This document shows, piece after piece, positions 49,259 to 60,181 of a stretch of 64,000 nucleotides of DNA (the first letter of the stretch is position 1; each line of letters starts with the position of its first letter). The stretch spans positions 160,001 to 224,000 of the forward strand of contig CAWIEK010000050.1 of assembly GCA_963835065.1 (NCBI GenBank), read 5' to 3'. The DNA is from an uncultured Chthonomonadaceae bacterium (GTDB lineage: Bacteria > Armatimonadota > Chthonomonadetes > Chthonomonadales > Chthonomonadaceae). The translations under genes were made by a program, and so were the position numbers. A model generated the notes under the pieces. The model was not told the DNA's origin. It saw only the letters and a list, made by a program, of their open reading frames with translations, and did no database searches.

Positions 49259-52200
49259 ATGTACGCAAATCATTCGCGGGCGCTTCCCGTACTCCCTCCC
49301 GGTCGTCGTATCGGTTGGATGCTGGCGCTGTCTGCCACTCTGCTGCTGACCGCTTTCACTCCGCGCGCGTACGCGCAGCGCGGTGTTCCCGGCAGCCCTG
49401 TTTCGATTGTTGGAAATAAGCCCGTTAATCCCCACGTTCAGGCTCAGATTGCCGCGCTGGAAGCGGAAAAAGACGCGCGCACTCCCACCCAGCGCAAAAT
49501 CGATCTCGCAGCTCCTGTATACCTACAAAATGGCGCGGCATCAGGCCATTGCTCCCGGCGTTGCCACCCTGGAAACCTCGATAACCCTGGATAACAAGGG
49601 TATGACCCTTGTAGATATAGACGCCCGCAATACCGTCGTTCTGCTGAAACAAATCGCGCATAATGGCGTGATCGTCAACAATTTCCCGCGCCTGAATTCT
49701 ATACGCGCTTTGGTGCCGCTGACGCTGATCCCCATCCTGGCTGCCAGCCCGGACGTAACGTTTATTCGTCCCGCAGACCGATACCACCTGTTAGGACGCA
49801 AAATTCCTACGTTGCGAACCCGGCAGGCAGGGCCCGCGCCGATGCTCTTTCCTGCTGTCCCGCCTGCCTTCGCGCCGTCCGCATTTTTGCCAGCCGTCGT
49901 TCGGGAGCAGCGTCTGTCTGCGTTTCTGCCACCCGCAGCGCGCGAACAGCGCCTGCGAAACGCGCTGCCCGGCCTCGTAACCCGAGCGCGGCAATCTGCT
50001 GCTTACTTTTCCCTCGCGGACTTGCCTGCGCCCACGCTGTCTTCCCGCTTCCTGGCAACGCCTGCCGCATCGTCCCTGAACGCGGCAGGGCTGTCGGGGC
50101 TGACGACCTTTGCCGCGGGATTTTATACCCGCGCGGGCAGCATCACGTCCGAAGGAGATGCCACGCACCGCGCCGACCTCGCGCGCAGCATCTTTCAGGC
50201 AGATGGAACCGGCATCAAAATCGGCGTCCTTTCCGACGGCGTTTCCAGCCTGGCAACGTCGCAAAGTACAGGCTGATCTTGGCCCCGTCACCGTGCTGCC
50301 GGGACAGGCGGGGCCTTCCGGGGGCGATGAAGGCACGGCGATGCTGGAAATCGTTCATGACCTCGCGCCAGGCGCGTCCCTGTATTTTGCCACTGCCGAC
50401 ACCGGCGTTTCCTCCTTCGCCACCAACATCCGCAATCTGCGCGCCGCCGGCTGCGATATCATTGTGGATGATGTCGGGTATTTGAATAAATCGCCGTTCC
50501 AGGACGGGCCAATTGCCCAGGCCGTCAATGATGTCACCGCAAATGGCGCGCTTTATTTTTCGGCGTGCGGCAATGGCGGCAACAAGGACGACAACACGGC
50601 TTCCATCTGGCAGGGGGACTTTGTAGATGGAGGCGCGGCCACGCTGGAAGCCTCCAGTGGAACCGGATCGCGCCTGCACAGTTTTGGAATCACTGCCTAC
50701 AATACCGCGAGTGTGGCTTTCAGCCAGACCCTGACTGTGGGTTTGTTCTGGTCCGACCCTTTGAAGGGATCTGCCAATGACTATGACCTGTACGTTCTCG
50801 ATCCGACGGGAGCCAGTGTCATCAGCGCTTCCACCACGACTCAGAACGGCAGGCAGGACCCCTATGAACACACGACGGTCACAGATGGACAGCAGCTTGT
50901 CATTGTCAAGCGCGCCGCCGCCGCCGCGCGCTTCCTGCATCTGAACATGTTTGCCGATGATGGAGTTTCAACCCTGGCTGTCAATACGCCTGGTGGTATT
51001 GTGGGACATCCCGCTGCGGCGAACGCCTTTGCTGTGGCGGCTACGCCCGCCGTCGGTCCTTACCCCAACCCTTTCGACTTCCGCGATGTGGTGGAAACTT
51101 TCAGCAGCGACGGGCCGCGCCGCGTCTTCTTCAACGCCGACGGCACGGCCATTACGCCCGGCAACTTCTCGTCCACGGGCGGCGCGGTTCGTAACAAGCC
51201 CGACATTACGGCTGCCGATGGCGTGTCCACTTCCGTCAATGGCTTCAGTCCTTTCTTCGGAACCAGCGCCGCCGCGCCCCATGCCGCCGCGATTGCCGGC
51301 CTGCTCAAATCCTACAATCCCGCGCTGACCTTTGCGCAGGTACAAGCCGCTCTGGAAGGGACGGCCATTGACATCATGGCGCCCGGCTACGACCGGGACA
51401 GCGGGTTCGGAATTCTGGATGCCGCCGCCGCCCTCAATAGCATTCCTGTCGGCGCGCTGACCTCGGTTGCGCTCACGTCCGGCAGCGTGTCCGGCGGCAT
51501 GACCGCGCAGGGCATCGTCACGCTGCACGACCCGGCTCCCTCCGGTGGCGCGGTCGTGACGCTTTCCGCCACTCCCGCAAGCGTTGCGTCCGTTCCCGCC
51601 AGCGTCACGGTTCCCGCCGGCCAGACAAGCGCGACTTTCCCCATCACGACGACAGCCGGAACGATTGACGCGACGGCGATGATTGTGGCGAAGTACAGTG
51701 GCATTTCGCGCTTCACAACGCTCACGGTTGTCGCTCGTTATCTCATCAGCGGAACCGTGACCACGCTGGACGGGGCCGGGGTCAGCGGCGTCACGCTTTC
51801 CGCCAATGGAACCGGAATCGGGACGCTGCCCACGCAAACAGTTTCACCCGGCCTTGCCATTCCCGACGGTTTAGATAATACGGGAAATAATCCCGGCGCA
51901 GTGGTCTCCGCGCCACTCACAATTTCTTCGCCGGGAACGGTAACCGCGGTACAGGTGGGCGTCAATATCACGCATACGTTTCGCGGCGACCTCCAAATTA
52001 CTCTGGTTCACCCGGACGGCACGGCAGTTGTCCTGAAAAACCCCGGTGACGACCCCGGCCAAAATGTCATCACCAGCTACCCGGATCAGAGTGACCCTGT
52101 CGGCGACCTGTCCACGTTCGTCGGCAAGCCTGCCGCCGGCACCTGGCACTTGACCGCGCAGGATTTCTTTAGCCAAGATACGGGTACGCTCAACTCCTTC

Positions 52201-52710
52201 AGCCTGACGCTGACGGTCAACGGCGTTCCGGTTACGCTGACGACTTCGACAGGCAGTGATGGCGGGTACTCGTTTTCCAACCAGCGTTCCGGCGCGTTCA
52301 CGCTGACGCCCGCCAAAGCGGGATTCGATTTCATTCCCCATACGCGCGCCGTGACGATAGGCCCCAACCAGACAGGCCAGAACTTTACCCTGTCGCAGGC
52401 GGGTATTCGTACTACGGCGACGGCGGCGTTTGTCGGCGGCGCGTACCAGATTACGGTGACATGCGCCAACAACGCCCAAACCGGCGCTCAGAACACGCAA
52501 ATCACGCGCGCCACATTGGGAGCGTCTGCCGCGCCCACGTCCCCGGCTCTGCCGGCCAATCTGGGTACGCTGCCTTCGGGAAGCGCGGGCAGCGTGACGC
52601 TGACGTATCCCGTTTCCGCCGGCGCGCATGGTTCCAAAGTGCTGCTGCGTTTGTCCGGCGCGTCTTCCCTGGGCAGTTTCGGCGGCTCGCTGTTGATCAC
52701 GCTGCCGTAA
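49259..52710 (+). CDS. Secreted subtilase (S8/S53-like) with proprotein-convertase P-domain; frameshifts near 49505 and 50270
   Basis: Signal peptide, GTGIKIGVLSDG, DEGTAMLEIVHDLAPGA, KPDITAADG, FFGTSAAAPH, P-domain (ITHTFRGDLQITLVHPDG, GTWHLTAQD). Confidence 0.85.
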
Positions 52711-52766
52711 ACACGCTGCCGTAAACCCGTATTTCGCGGCAAGGAACCCGCATAAGGACCCGCCTC

Positions 52767-53363
52767 ATGATCCCGTATCGCCCAAAACGCATATGTCTAT
52801 CTTTGCTCGTCGGATTGGCCTGCCTCTGCTGGCAGGCTTCCGCCGGCGCGCAACTGGTGATCACGTCCACCAATCCCAACATCTTCACGGCCACGCCCGG
52901 ACAAACCTTGTCCCTGAGCGCCACCGTGCAGAATCTGTTCAGCAGCGCGTTTTATTTCCTGGGCGACAACCCCAACTTTACCAGCGGTCCAGGCCCGACG
53001 GAGATCGGTACGCCCACCTCCAGCCTGACGGTAGCGCTGGATGATACGCCGTTTGCCGGGACGCCCACCGCCCCCGCGTTTCCGCCCCCGCTTGCCGCTT
53101 CCGAACAGCGCGTCATTCCCCTTGCCAACATCTTTGTGGGGCAGAACGCCACGCCGGGAACTTATACGGGGTATTTCACCATTCAGGGCAATACCGATCC
53201 CAACGGCGCGGCCAACGATCAGGCAACGGAAAACTTTCAACTGACCATCACCGCCGCGCCGATCCCCGAAACCTCCACGCTGCTGTCGTTGGGACTGCTG
53301 ACGATGTTCGGCGCCTGGAACTTTCGCCGCGCCCGCTGCAAGCCGGCAATGGGGTCCGATTAG
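52767..53363 (+). CDS. PEP-CTERM protein
   Basis: Signal peptide ending AGA; C-terminal PIPETSTLLSLGLL..FRRAR. Confidence 0.8.
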   Translation: MIPYRPKRICLSLLVGLACLCWQASAGAQLVITSTNPNIFTATPGQTLSLSATVQNLFSSAFYFLGDNPNFTSGPGPTEIGTPTSSLTVALDDTPFAGTPTAPAFPPPLAASEQRVIPLANIFVGQNATPGTYTGYFTIQGNTDPNGAANDQATENFQLTITAAPIPETSTLLSLGLLTMFGAWNFRRARCKPAMGSD

Positions 53364-53580
53364 CCAACACAGGACCATTTTTCTTATCGCGTATCGCAAA
53401 TGACGGATTGACGGACAGCCCCAACCACAAAACAGCGTCCTTGCGGCGCTGTTTCTGTTTCTCACCCCGGCGCGCAAACCACGCTTCCCGACTTTGCGCG
53501 CCTGCGAATTTCCGCAGAGGCGATATGCTTTTCTGAAGAGTACCTCCTACGGCCTGCTCCCTACTTCCCGCTTCCTGCTC

Positions 53581-54516
53581 TCACCGGCGCCCGGCATCCT
53601 GAACGACGAACTGCAGGGCGCGCTGCCGCTGTTCGGGGGCGGGAGAAATGCCGGCAAAATCGGCCAGCGTTTCGATGACCTCGCCGGGGTTGGTCAGAAT
53701 GTGTTCGTACTGAAGTTCCAAATAGCCGCCCGGATGATCGCGGTAACGCAGGCACTCCGTCACGTACACGTCCGTCAGGCGCAGGCAGTCCTCGCGTTTG
53801 GACAGGTCGAAGGCTGTTGGTGTGGGGGTACTTGCGCGGTGAACGCGGCGGAATAATGCTCGCCATGCCATGCCTGGATGCCGCGCCACATTCCACAGGC
53901 GGATTGCGGGGGAGGGAGGTGTGGGCAGTTTGGTGGCTGACGAGGCTGCGCGCTGCATCAGGCTGCGGGCTACGCCTTCGGGGTCGCGCCGCACATGCAA
54001 AATACGCGCATGGGGGAACAGGCGGAGCCAGTACGGCAGGGTCAGGCTGTTGCGCGGGTCTTTCCATCCCCACGCGCCTTTATAACCCTGCGGCAAGGGC
54101 GCGAGATAGTTGCGGGACAGACTGCCGTAAGTGGCAAGTTCCATGCGCAGCAGGTTGGGATAGGCAACTCCGGGCGTAGCGCGGCGGATTAAAAAGGGGA
54201 GCGGGTCATTCCACAAAGCGCCCGCCGAGCGTATGACCGACTCGTTCAGCAGCCGAAAAGCGACTGCTTCGCCGTATCCGCTTCGCCGCTGCGTGGCATC
54301 CGGCAGCGCCAGTTCCGCAGATGCATTGGGAACTCCCATCACAGGGTCAAGGTACGCGCCCATATCGTGCAGCAGCCCACCGGCAAGGCTTGTGCCGGAG
54401 CGGTGCATGCCAATGATAATCAAGGGCGGGGGCAGGTGACGAAAAGCCGGGGCAACAGGCAGGGATAAAGGGATGCGAGCCGTCTCGCAGGAGGACGGAA
54501 GCGAATAAATACTCAC
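53581..54516 (-). CDS. Sulfotransferase family protein
   Basis: IIGMHRSGTS PAPS-binding loop, WGWKDPR, HVRRDP..VARS, LQYE. Confidence 0.88.
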   Translation of the reverse strand: MSIYSLPSSCETARIPLSLPVAPAFRHLPPPLIIIGMHRSGTSLAGGLLHDMGAYLDPVMGVPNASAELALPDATQRRSGYGEAVAFRLLNESVIRSAGALWNDPLPFLIRRATPGVAYPNLLRMELATYGSLSRNYLAPLPQGYKGAWGWKDPRNSLTLPYWLRLFPHARILHVRRDPEGVARSLMQRAASSATKLPTPPSPAIRLWNVARHPGMAWRALFRRVHRASTPTPTAFDLSKREDCLRLTDVYVTECLRYRDHPGGYLELQYEHILTNPGEVIETLADFAGISPAPEQRQRALQFVVQDAGRR

Positions 54517-54797
54517 GGCGGCGGGGCCTTCTTTCCTGTAGTCTTACGGCTAATTTTAACGGCGAATCTGACAGCGCGGCAGGTCTGCTTGCTAAGACAG
54601 TCTAAAGACGCGGAGAAGGTTATCAAAGGTTCACTTTTGGCCGGATTTCAGGTACAATCAAGAATTACCATTGCGACGGCGCGCTCCACTGCTGCGCGCG
54701 CTGTTTTTGCGCGACTATTTTTATGTGATTTTCGGTTGGAAGTGGACGCGCTTGTGACGCGCTCCTGTCGGCAGGCCAACCCGAACGTCACTTTTGT

Positions 54798-56642
54798 ATG
54801 GGAGAAGACAACGTGGCAACGGCTGCACCCGCAAAACCCCAGACTCCGCGAACCGAAGCTGATTTGGCCGCCCGCTATGCCGGCGACTTAGTTTATAAAG
54901 CCCTGATTAAAACGGGCGAAGCCCTCAAAGCGTCCGAAGTGGCGAAGGCCGTAGACCATCCCGATGTGGACATGAAACTGGCGCGCGTCGTTTTGGCGAC
55001 CACCCCCACCATGACCGCTGTGGATCGCAAATGGACGATCTGGACGCGCTACCTGGATGTCAACAATACGGTAGACCGCAACATTCACCGCGTCCTCAAC
55101 ACATTCGGACAGCCTATTCGCCTGCCGGAAATGGCGCGCGAAATGGCGTCCATTTACGGGCGTCCTATAGAAGTCTTTACCGACATGCTGCGCCGACTGG
55201 TGCAAAACAAAAATCGGTACTTTCTGATCGGCAATGAATACGTCGCGCCCGCCGAATGGCTGCTCAATACGGACGCCGGGGATGAGGACGAGGTTCTGTT
55301 CGACAACTTTCTGGACGACGAGGACGTGTTCCCGTATGTGGAAGCGGCCCGCGAAGCCGGATTGGATGGCGCGCGCTCCGAAACCCTGACCGCGTTTCTC
55401 GACAGCGTGAACGCGCCCATCAAGAACAAGGCGCTGCAATTCCTCGCCTATCATCTGAACCACGCGGCCTTTGACGCCCAACGGTTTTACACGAACCTGT
55501 TTTTGAACAGCGGCGCGGTGGCCCTTTCGGATGGAACGTGGATCGGGCCGGCTCTTGCCCAAAAGCTGACCACGCACTTCCCGGCGATTGCCGAGCAGGA
55601 AGTGAGCGAGAACGCCGAGGCCGAAGCGCAGGAAGCCGCGCAGCCCCTCGCCCTTACCGCCGAAGCGCTGGAACAACTGGTGCAGACCGTCGTGGACAGC
55701 GACGATACCGTGTTTGCCAGTCAACTGCTGTCGGAACAGTTTGAAATCACGCCCGATGACCGCACGTATGAAGAGGATTTGCGCACCATCATTCAATCGC
55801 TGTCGCAGGATGAGCGCGTAATGTGGGCGGGCGGCGAGCGGTTCCGTCCGCAGGGAACGGTTCCGGGCTATGTGTTCAGCGTTCCCGGCCTCCTTGACAT
55901 TCCCGAAGACACGTACCGGGATGAAGAAGGCAATTTGATGGACCTTCTTTTGGAAGACGACGGCTTCAACGGCGGGCTTGAGCGCGAAATCCTGAACCCG
56001 CTGGCGCAGGACGTGCTGGACGAGGAACCCGTTCCCAGTCCCGACATGAACCCGCCGTCCAACGCCCGCGCGGTCATCAAGTACCATCACAAGCAGATCG
56101 GAACCCTGCCCCTGTGCCAGTTCCCGTCCGGGTTCTTCCCACCCACTCCGGCGATTCTGGAAACCGAGTTTTCCCTGCCCGGCAGCCAGAAGGCGCAGGT
56201 CTGGGTCAACAACGAGACGCGCCTGATGTACGGCCTGCTCGACTGGTTCCAGTCCATTCCGATTGATTCGGGCGCGACGTTCACCCTGGAGCGGCAGGCG
56301 GGCGACCGCTATATCGTCAACTACAACGACGAAAGCGAGCCGACCATGTTCATCAGCCGCAACCGCATCAACGAACTGCTGGAATTGCAGGAGCGGGCGG
56401 AAACCGACGACATTTCTACTTTCGACGTCATGCGCGAGATCATGGAGCATTACCGCAAGGGCATCGAATTCATCACGCTGCTGACGGAAGTGAACGTTGT
56501 GCGCCGCACCCCTCGGCGCATGATCGCCTCGATCCTGTCCGAGTACCACTGCTTCACACAGCGCGGCGGCGCATGGGTCTTCGACACCAAGAAGTTGATT
56601 CAAGGCTTCGACAAAAGCAAGCGGAAGTTTATTGCGAAGTAG
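54798..56642 (+). CDS. Conserved-looking acidic hypothetical protein (614 aa)
   Basis: Long ORF with strong GC3 codon bias typical of core genes; no recognised motif. Confidence 0.8.
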   Translation: MGEDNVATAAPAKPQTPRTEADLAARYAGDLVYKALIKTGEALKASEVAKAVDHPDVDMKLARVVLATTPTMTAVDRKWTIWTRYLDVNNTVDRNIHRVLNTFGQPIRLPEMAREMASIYGRPIEVFTDMLRRLVQNKNRYFLIGNEYVAPAEWLLNTDAGDEDEVLFDNFLDDEDVFPYVEAAREAGLDGARSETLTAFLDSVNAPIKNKALQFLAYHLNHAAFDAQRFYTNLFLNSGAVALSDGTWIGPALAQKLTTHFPAIAEQEVSENAEAEAQEAAQPLALTAEALEQLVQTVVDSDDTVFASQLLSEQFEITPDDRTYEEDLRTIIQSLSQDERVMWAGGERFRPQGTVPGYVFSVPGLLDIPEDTYRDEEGNLMDLLLEDDGFNGGLEREILNPLAQDVLDEEPVPSPDMNPPSNARAVIKYHHKQIGTLPLCQFPSGFFPPTPAILETEFSLPGSQKAQVWVNNETRLMYGLLDWFQSIPIDSGATFTLERQAGDRYIVNYNDESEPTMFISRNRINELLELQERAETDDISTFDVMREIMEHYRKGIEFITLLTEVNVVRRTPRRMIASILSEYHCFTQRGGAWVFDTKKLIQGFDKSKRKFIAK

Positions 56643-56649
56643 GGAAGTC

Positions 56650-56777
56650 GGTATTCAGGTGTTCGGGTATTCAGGTATTCAGGACAATGCAAGAATATCA
56701 TGTTTGCTGGCGCGCAGCAAATCTTGCAATTCAGTTCCTGAACACCCGAACACCTGAATACCTGAACACCGAATACC
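56650..56777. repeat. Composite palindrome of octamer repeats (GTATTCAG/CTGAATAC)n around an inner hairpin
   Basis: GGTATTCAGGTGTTCGGGTATTCAGGTATTCAGG ... CCTGAACACCCGAACACCTGAATACCTGAACACCGAATAC; same family at 59565-59666 and 16713-16760. Confidence 0.85.
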
Positions 56778-56793
56778 AATTGGGAGAACGCTC

Positions 56794-57387
56794 ATGGCGC
56801 AAATTGCGGTTTTGCCTGCCCGTGAGGATGGGTATGCGCGTAAAAAGTGGAGTGTGCGGGAGTGCCGCTTTTTAGTGGATGGCGGTCTGCTCGAACCCGG
56901 CAAGTACGAGTTGATTGAAGGGGAAGTTGTTAGTAAAATGGGTCAGAGTCGCCTGCACATCAATGCTGTCGCACGAATACTTGTTGCTCTGATGGCAATC
57001 TTTGATGCTCTCTCCATCCAATCCCAAGCGCAAATCGGCATTGGTGAGTTGGATGCTTTCAATGATCCAGAGCCCGATGCAGCCGTGTTGCACGGCACAC
57101 TCGACAACTATCGTGATCGTGAACCAAATCCCGCTACCGAAGTTTTGCTTGTTGTGGAAGCCTCTCTAACCACTTTGGCAGGTGATCGCAGCACAAAAGC
57201 GCAACTATATGCCCGTCATGGCATCCCCGAATATTGGATTGTCGCCATTGCGCGGCGCGAGTTAATTGTGCATCGGCAGCCAACCCCGAACGGCTACGCC
57301 GATGTTCATACCTATCGCGAAAACGAAGCCGTCGCGCCCCTGTCCGCTCCCGACAGATTAGTACAAGTCTCTGCGCTGATGCCCTGA
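56794..57387 (+). CDS. Uma2 (DUF820) family PD-(D/E)xK nuclease-fold protein
   Basis: YELIEGEV, PEPDAAV, LLVVEAS, DRSTKAQLYARHGIPEYWIV. Confidence 0.9.
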   Translation: MAQIAVLPAREDGYARKKWSVRECRFLVDGGLLEPGKYELIEGEVVSKMGQSRLHINAVARILVALMAIFDALSIQSQAQIGIGELDAFNDPEPDAAVLHGTLDNYRDREPNPATEVLLVVEASLTTLAGDRSTKAQLYARHGIPEYWIVAIARRELIVHRQPTPNGYADVHTYRENEAVAPLSAPDRLVQVSALMP

Positions 57388-57448
57388 AAGGCGCCTGTAT
57401 TGTCGAGGCGCATAGTTTGGAGGTTGTCAGTTCAAAATGGAGGCCATT

Positions 57449-57664
57449 ATGCCCATTACCCGGCGGGAATGTGTGGCCGGCAGTATTGCCACGGGACTTC
57501 TGGCAGCAGCGGAGCCGCTGATAGCTGCTCCCAATCCCAGATTCAAAGCCATAGCCTTCGATGCCTTCCCTATTTTTGATCCTCGCCCGGTCTTTAGGCT
57601 GGCAGAGGAACTCTTTCCCGGCAAAGGCGCGGAACTGAGTAATGCCTGGCGAAGCCGACAGTTT
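57449..57664 (+). pseudogene. Truncated haloacid dehalogenase type II (Tat-exported) fragment
   Basis: TRRECVAG Tat-like signal, KAIAFDAFPIFDPRPV, ELFPGKGAELSNAWRSRQF; similarity stops abruptly after RQF. Confidence 0.65.
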
Positions 57665-58034
57665 GCGCGGTCGCATCCAGGAAAACTTTCTGACTCTCAG
57701 GATACGCGGCAAAGAGTTCTTCGAGGGCGCCAATGTGCTCACGCGGCTTGTCCTTGCCCGCTTGTCGGGGACGTTGGAAGCGCCTTGACTTCGGGTGGGT
57801 GCTTGCGCAAACATTTTAGCCACAATTTGCAAAAATGGCTACGGAAAGCATCATTTATGTGCCATAATAAGAGTGTGGCACAGAAAACTTGCTCTGCCTG
57901 GCAACATCCGGTTCCTGGTAACTTTGCAATCAGAACCTGGCTCTGTTTACCGGATCAGGACAGAGTTACGATATAACACCCGATTGTACTGTAAAATCAA
58001 TGGGTTGTGTGAGGCAGGAGAGGGGTTCAACTTC

Positions 58035-58235
58035 ATGACGAGTGTTTTGGAAAAGGGCCAAACGCGCCCTGAAAACGAGTTTGTGTCCGGTGACGTGGTG
58101 GAACCGGGCCTGTACGTGGATGTGGAAACCGGCGCCAAGGTGCAAATTGTCGCGCCGGACGAACTGCCGGAAGGAAGCGTTACTCTGAGCTACCGCCGCC
58201 GCTTCCGCAAAGTAGAAATGGCAAAAGCCGCGTAA
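58035..58235 (+). CDS. Small protein, YjzC-like
   Basis: GGAGAGG RBS; FVSGDVVEPGLYVDVETGAKVQIVAPDELP resembles the YjzC pattern; followed by a terminator. Confidence 0.6.
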   Translation: MTSVLEKGQTRPENEFVSGDVVEPGLYVDVETGAKVQIVAPDELPEGSVTLSYRRRFRKVEMAKAA

Positions 58236-58276
58236 TCCCGCAGAACCACCCTCTGCATTTTCAACCGCGCAAGCGC

Positions 58277-58319
58277 AACTCCCCGCCTCCATAATTTTGG
58301 AGGCGGGGAGTTTTGTTTT
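58277..58319 (+). terminator. Intrinsic terminator
   Basis: AACTCCCCGCCTCCA-TAATTT-TGGAGGCGGGGAGTT followed by TTGTTTT; between convergent genes. Confidence 0.85.
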
Positions 58320-58383
58320 GAAGCCGCCGGTTCTCGAACATTCGCGTTTATTCGCGTTTATTCGCGGCTAAAATCCTCAAACC

Positions 58384-59541
58384 CTACTTCAGTTCGTTGA
58401 CCAGGTCGGTGGCTTCCCAGGGAAAGGCGGGGTTGCCGAAGTGGCCGTTTTTGGCCGTCTGCACGTACTTGATGCGCGAAGCGTTGAGCAGAGACAGGCG
58501 CGCAATGATAGCGCGGGGGCGCAGGTCAACGGCCTTGCGAACGCGGGCAACGATTTCGGAATCCGGGATTTTGCCCGTGCCGAATGTGTCCACATACACG
58601 CTGACCGGTTCGGCCACGCCGATGGCATACGCAAGCTGGATTTCCGCCCGATCCGCCAATCCCGCCGCCACGATGTTCTTGGCGATGTAGCGGCCCGTAT
58701 AGGCGGCGCTGCGGTCTACTTTGGACGGGTCCTTGCCCGAAAACGCGCCGCCGCCGTGCCGGGCGGAACCGCCATACGTGTCCACAATGATCTTGCGGCC
58801 GGTGACGCCCGTATCCGCCTGCGGCCCGCCGATGACGAAGCGGCCTGTGGGGTTGATAAAGTATTTGATGTTGCCCTTGACAAACTGATCGTACTTTTTC
58901 AGGACGGGCTTGACGACATATTCCTGCACGTTGGCCTGGACGCTGGCCTGCGTGTGGGACGGGTCGTGCTGCGAGGAGAAGACAATGGTGTCCACATGGT
59001 CGGGCGTCCCGTCCGGGCGGTACGCGATTGTCACCTGCGATTTGGCGTCCGGGCGGAAACCGAGTTCCGGCGTGGCCTTGCGCACTTCGGCGTGGCGGCG
59101 GGTCAGGTCGTGGGCAATGGTGAGCGCAAGCGGCATCAATTGTTCGGTTTCATTGGTGGCGTAGCCGAACATCAAGCCCTGATCGCCCGCGCCCTGATCG
59201 TTGGGGTCCGCGCGATCCACGCCCTGCGCAATATCAGGCGACTGCCGCTGAATGGCGAGCATCACACCGCAGGTATAGCCATCGAAACCGGAGTCGGTAT
59301 GCGTATAACCCACTTCGCAGATGGTTTCGCGCACAATGTCGGCGATTTCCACATACGCATCGGTGGTCAGTTCGCCGCCAACCACGCACAGGCCGCGCGT
59401 CAAAAACGTTTCCAGCGCGACGCGGGAACCGGAGTCTTCTTTGAGCAGCGCGTCCAGAATGGCGTCGCTGATCTGGTCGGCCAATTTGTCGGGATGGCCT
59501 TCGGAAACGCTTTCAGAAGTAAACAGGGTAAAGTCGGACAT
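58384..59541 (-). CDS. metK: S-adenosylmethionine synthetase
   Basis: [62 protein letters not shown]. Confidence 0.98.
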   Translation of the reverse strand: MSDFTLFTSESVSEGHPDKLADQISDAILDALLKEDSGSRVALETFLTRGLCVVGGELTTDAYVEIADIVRETICEVGYTHTDSGFDGYTCGVMLAIQRQSPDIAQGVDRADPNDQGAGDQGLMFGYATNETEQLMPLALTIAHDLTRRHAEVRKATPELGFRPDAKSQVTIAYRPDGTPDHVDTIVFSSQHDPSHTQASVQANVQEYVVKPVLKKYDQFVKGNIKYFINPTGRFVIGGPQADTGVTGRKIIVDTYGGSARHGGGAFSGKDPSKVDRSAAYTGRYIAKNIVAAGLADRAEIQLAYAIGVAEPVSVYVDTFGTGKIPDSEIVARVRKAVDLRPRAIIARLSLLNASRIKYVQTAKNGHFGNPAFPWEATDLVNELK

Positions 59542-59672
59542 GAATGGAATTCCTTTCAGGAAGGGTGTTCAGGTATTCAGGTGTTCGGTGTTCAGGTGTT
59601 CAGGCGTTTGACGAGTTATCTTCCCGAATACCCGAATACCCGAATACCTGAACACCTGAATACCTGATGCAC

Positions 59673-59703
59673 AAAAAACCTCTTCTGCCAGGCAGAAGAG
59701 GTT
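59673..59703 (-). terminator. Riboswitch expression-platform terminator upstream of metK
   Basis: Minus strand AACCTCTTCTGCC-T-GGCAGAAGAGGTT followed by a U-run; its 5' arm is complementary to the aptamer's 3' AGATAAGAGGT. Confidence 0.8.
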
Positions 59704-59795
59704 GTAATGGCGTGAGGAGCGCGCGTTGTGGCGCTTTTGCTCCCTATAATGATGGAGAGACAAAAAGCCAGTAACCGCGTAAACAGCGCCGTACA

Positions 59796-59971
59796 CCTCT
59801 TATCTGGCAGACTGCACAATTACAAATGCAACTGCTCGGATTTAGCACCTGCCCACGATCCTGCATCAGCGCCCGATGCTTTTACAATGAAAAGCATGGA
59901 CAAAACATGCAAGCGCGGGTGGTTGTTGTGGCGTCAACGGGCCGGTTCCCTCAACCACTCTTGATAAGAAG
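59796..59971 (-). ncRNA. SAM-I (S-box) riboswitch
   Basis: Minus strand CTTCTTATCAAGAG-TGGTTGAGGGAACCGGCCCGTTGACGCCACAACAACC ... GGTGCTAAATCC ... AGATAAGAGG, upstream of metK. Confidence 0.93.
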
Positions 59972-60181
59972 CCATCGCTATGAAATTGTTAGATATAGCC
60001 TAGCACATCTTCGGCATCCGAGTCAATACAATAGAGGCACGAAAAGAAAATAAAGGTGTAAATGCGGGTGGGGGTGGATAGGACGCCGTGAGATGAATCT
60101 CGCGGCTGTAGTAACGAATTCCGCCTGCGCGGAATGAAACCCTAACCACCTAAAACCATAAAACCATAAGCACCTGACCTG

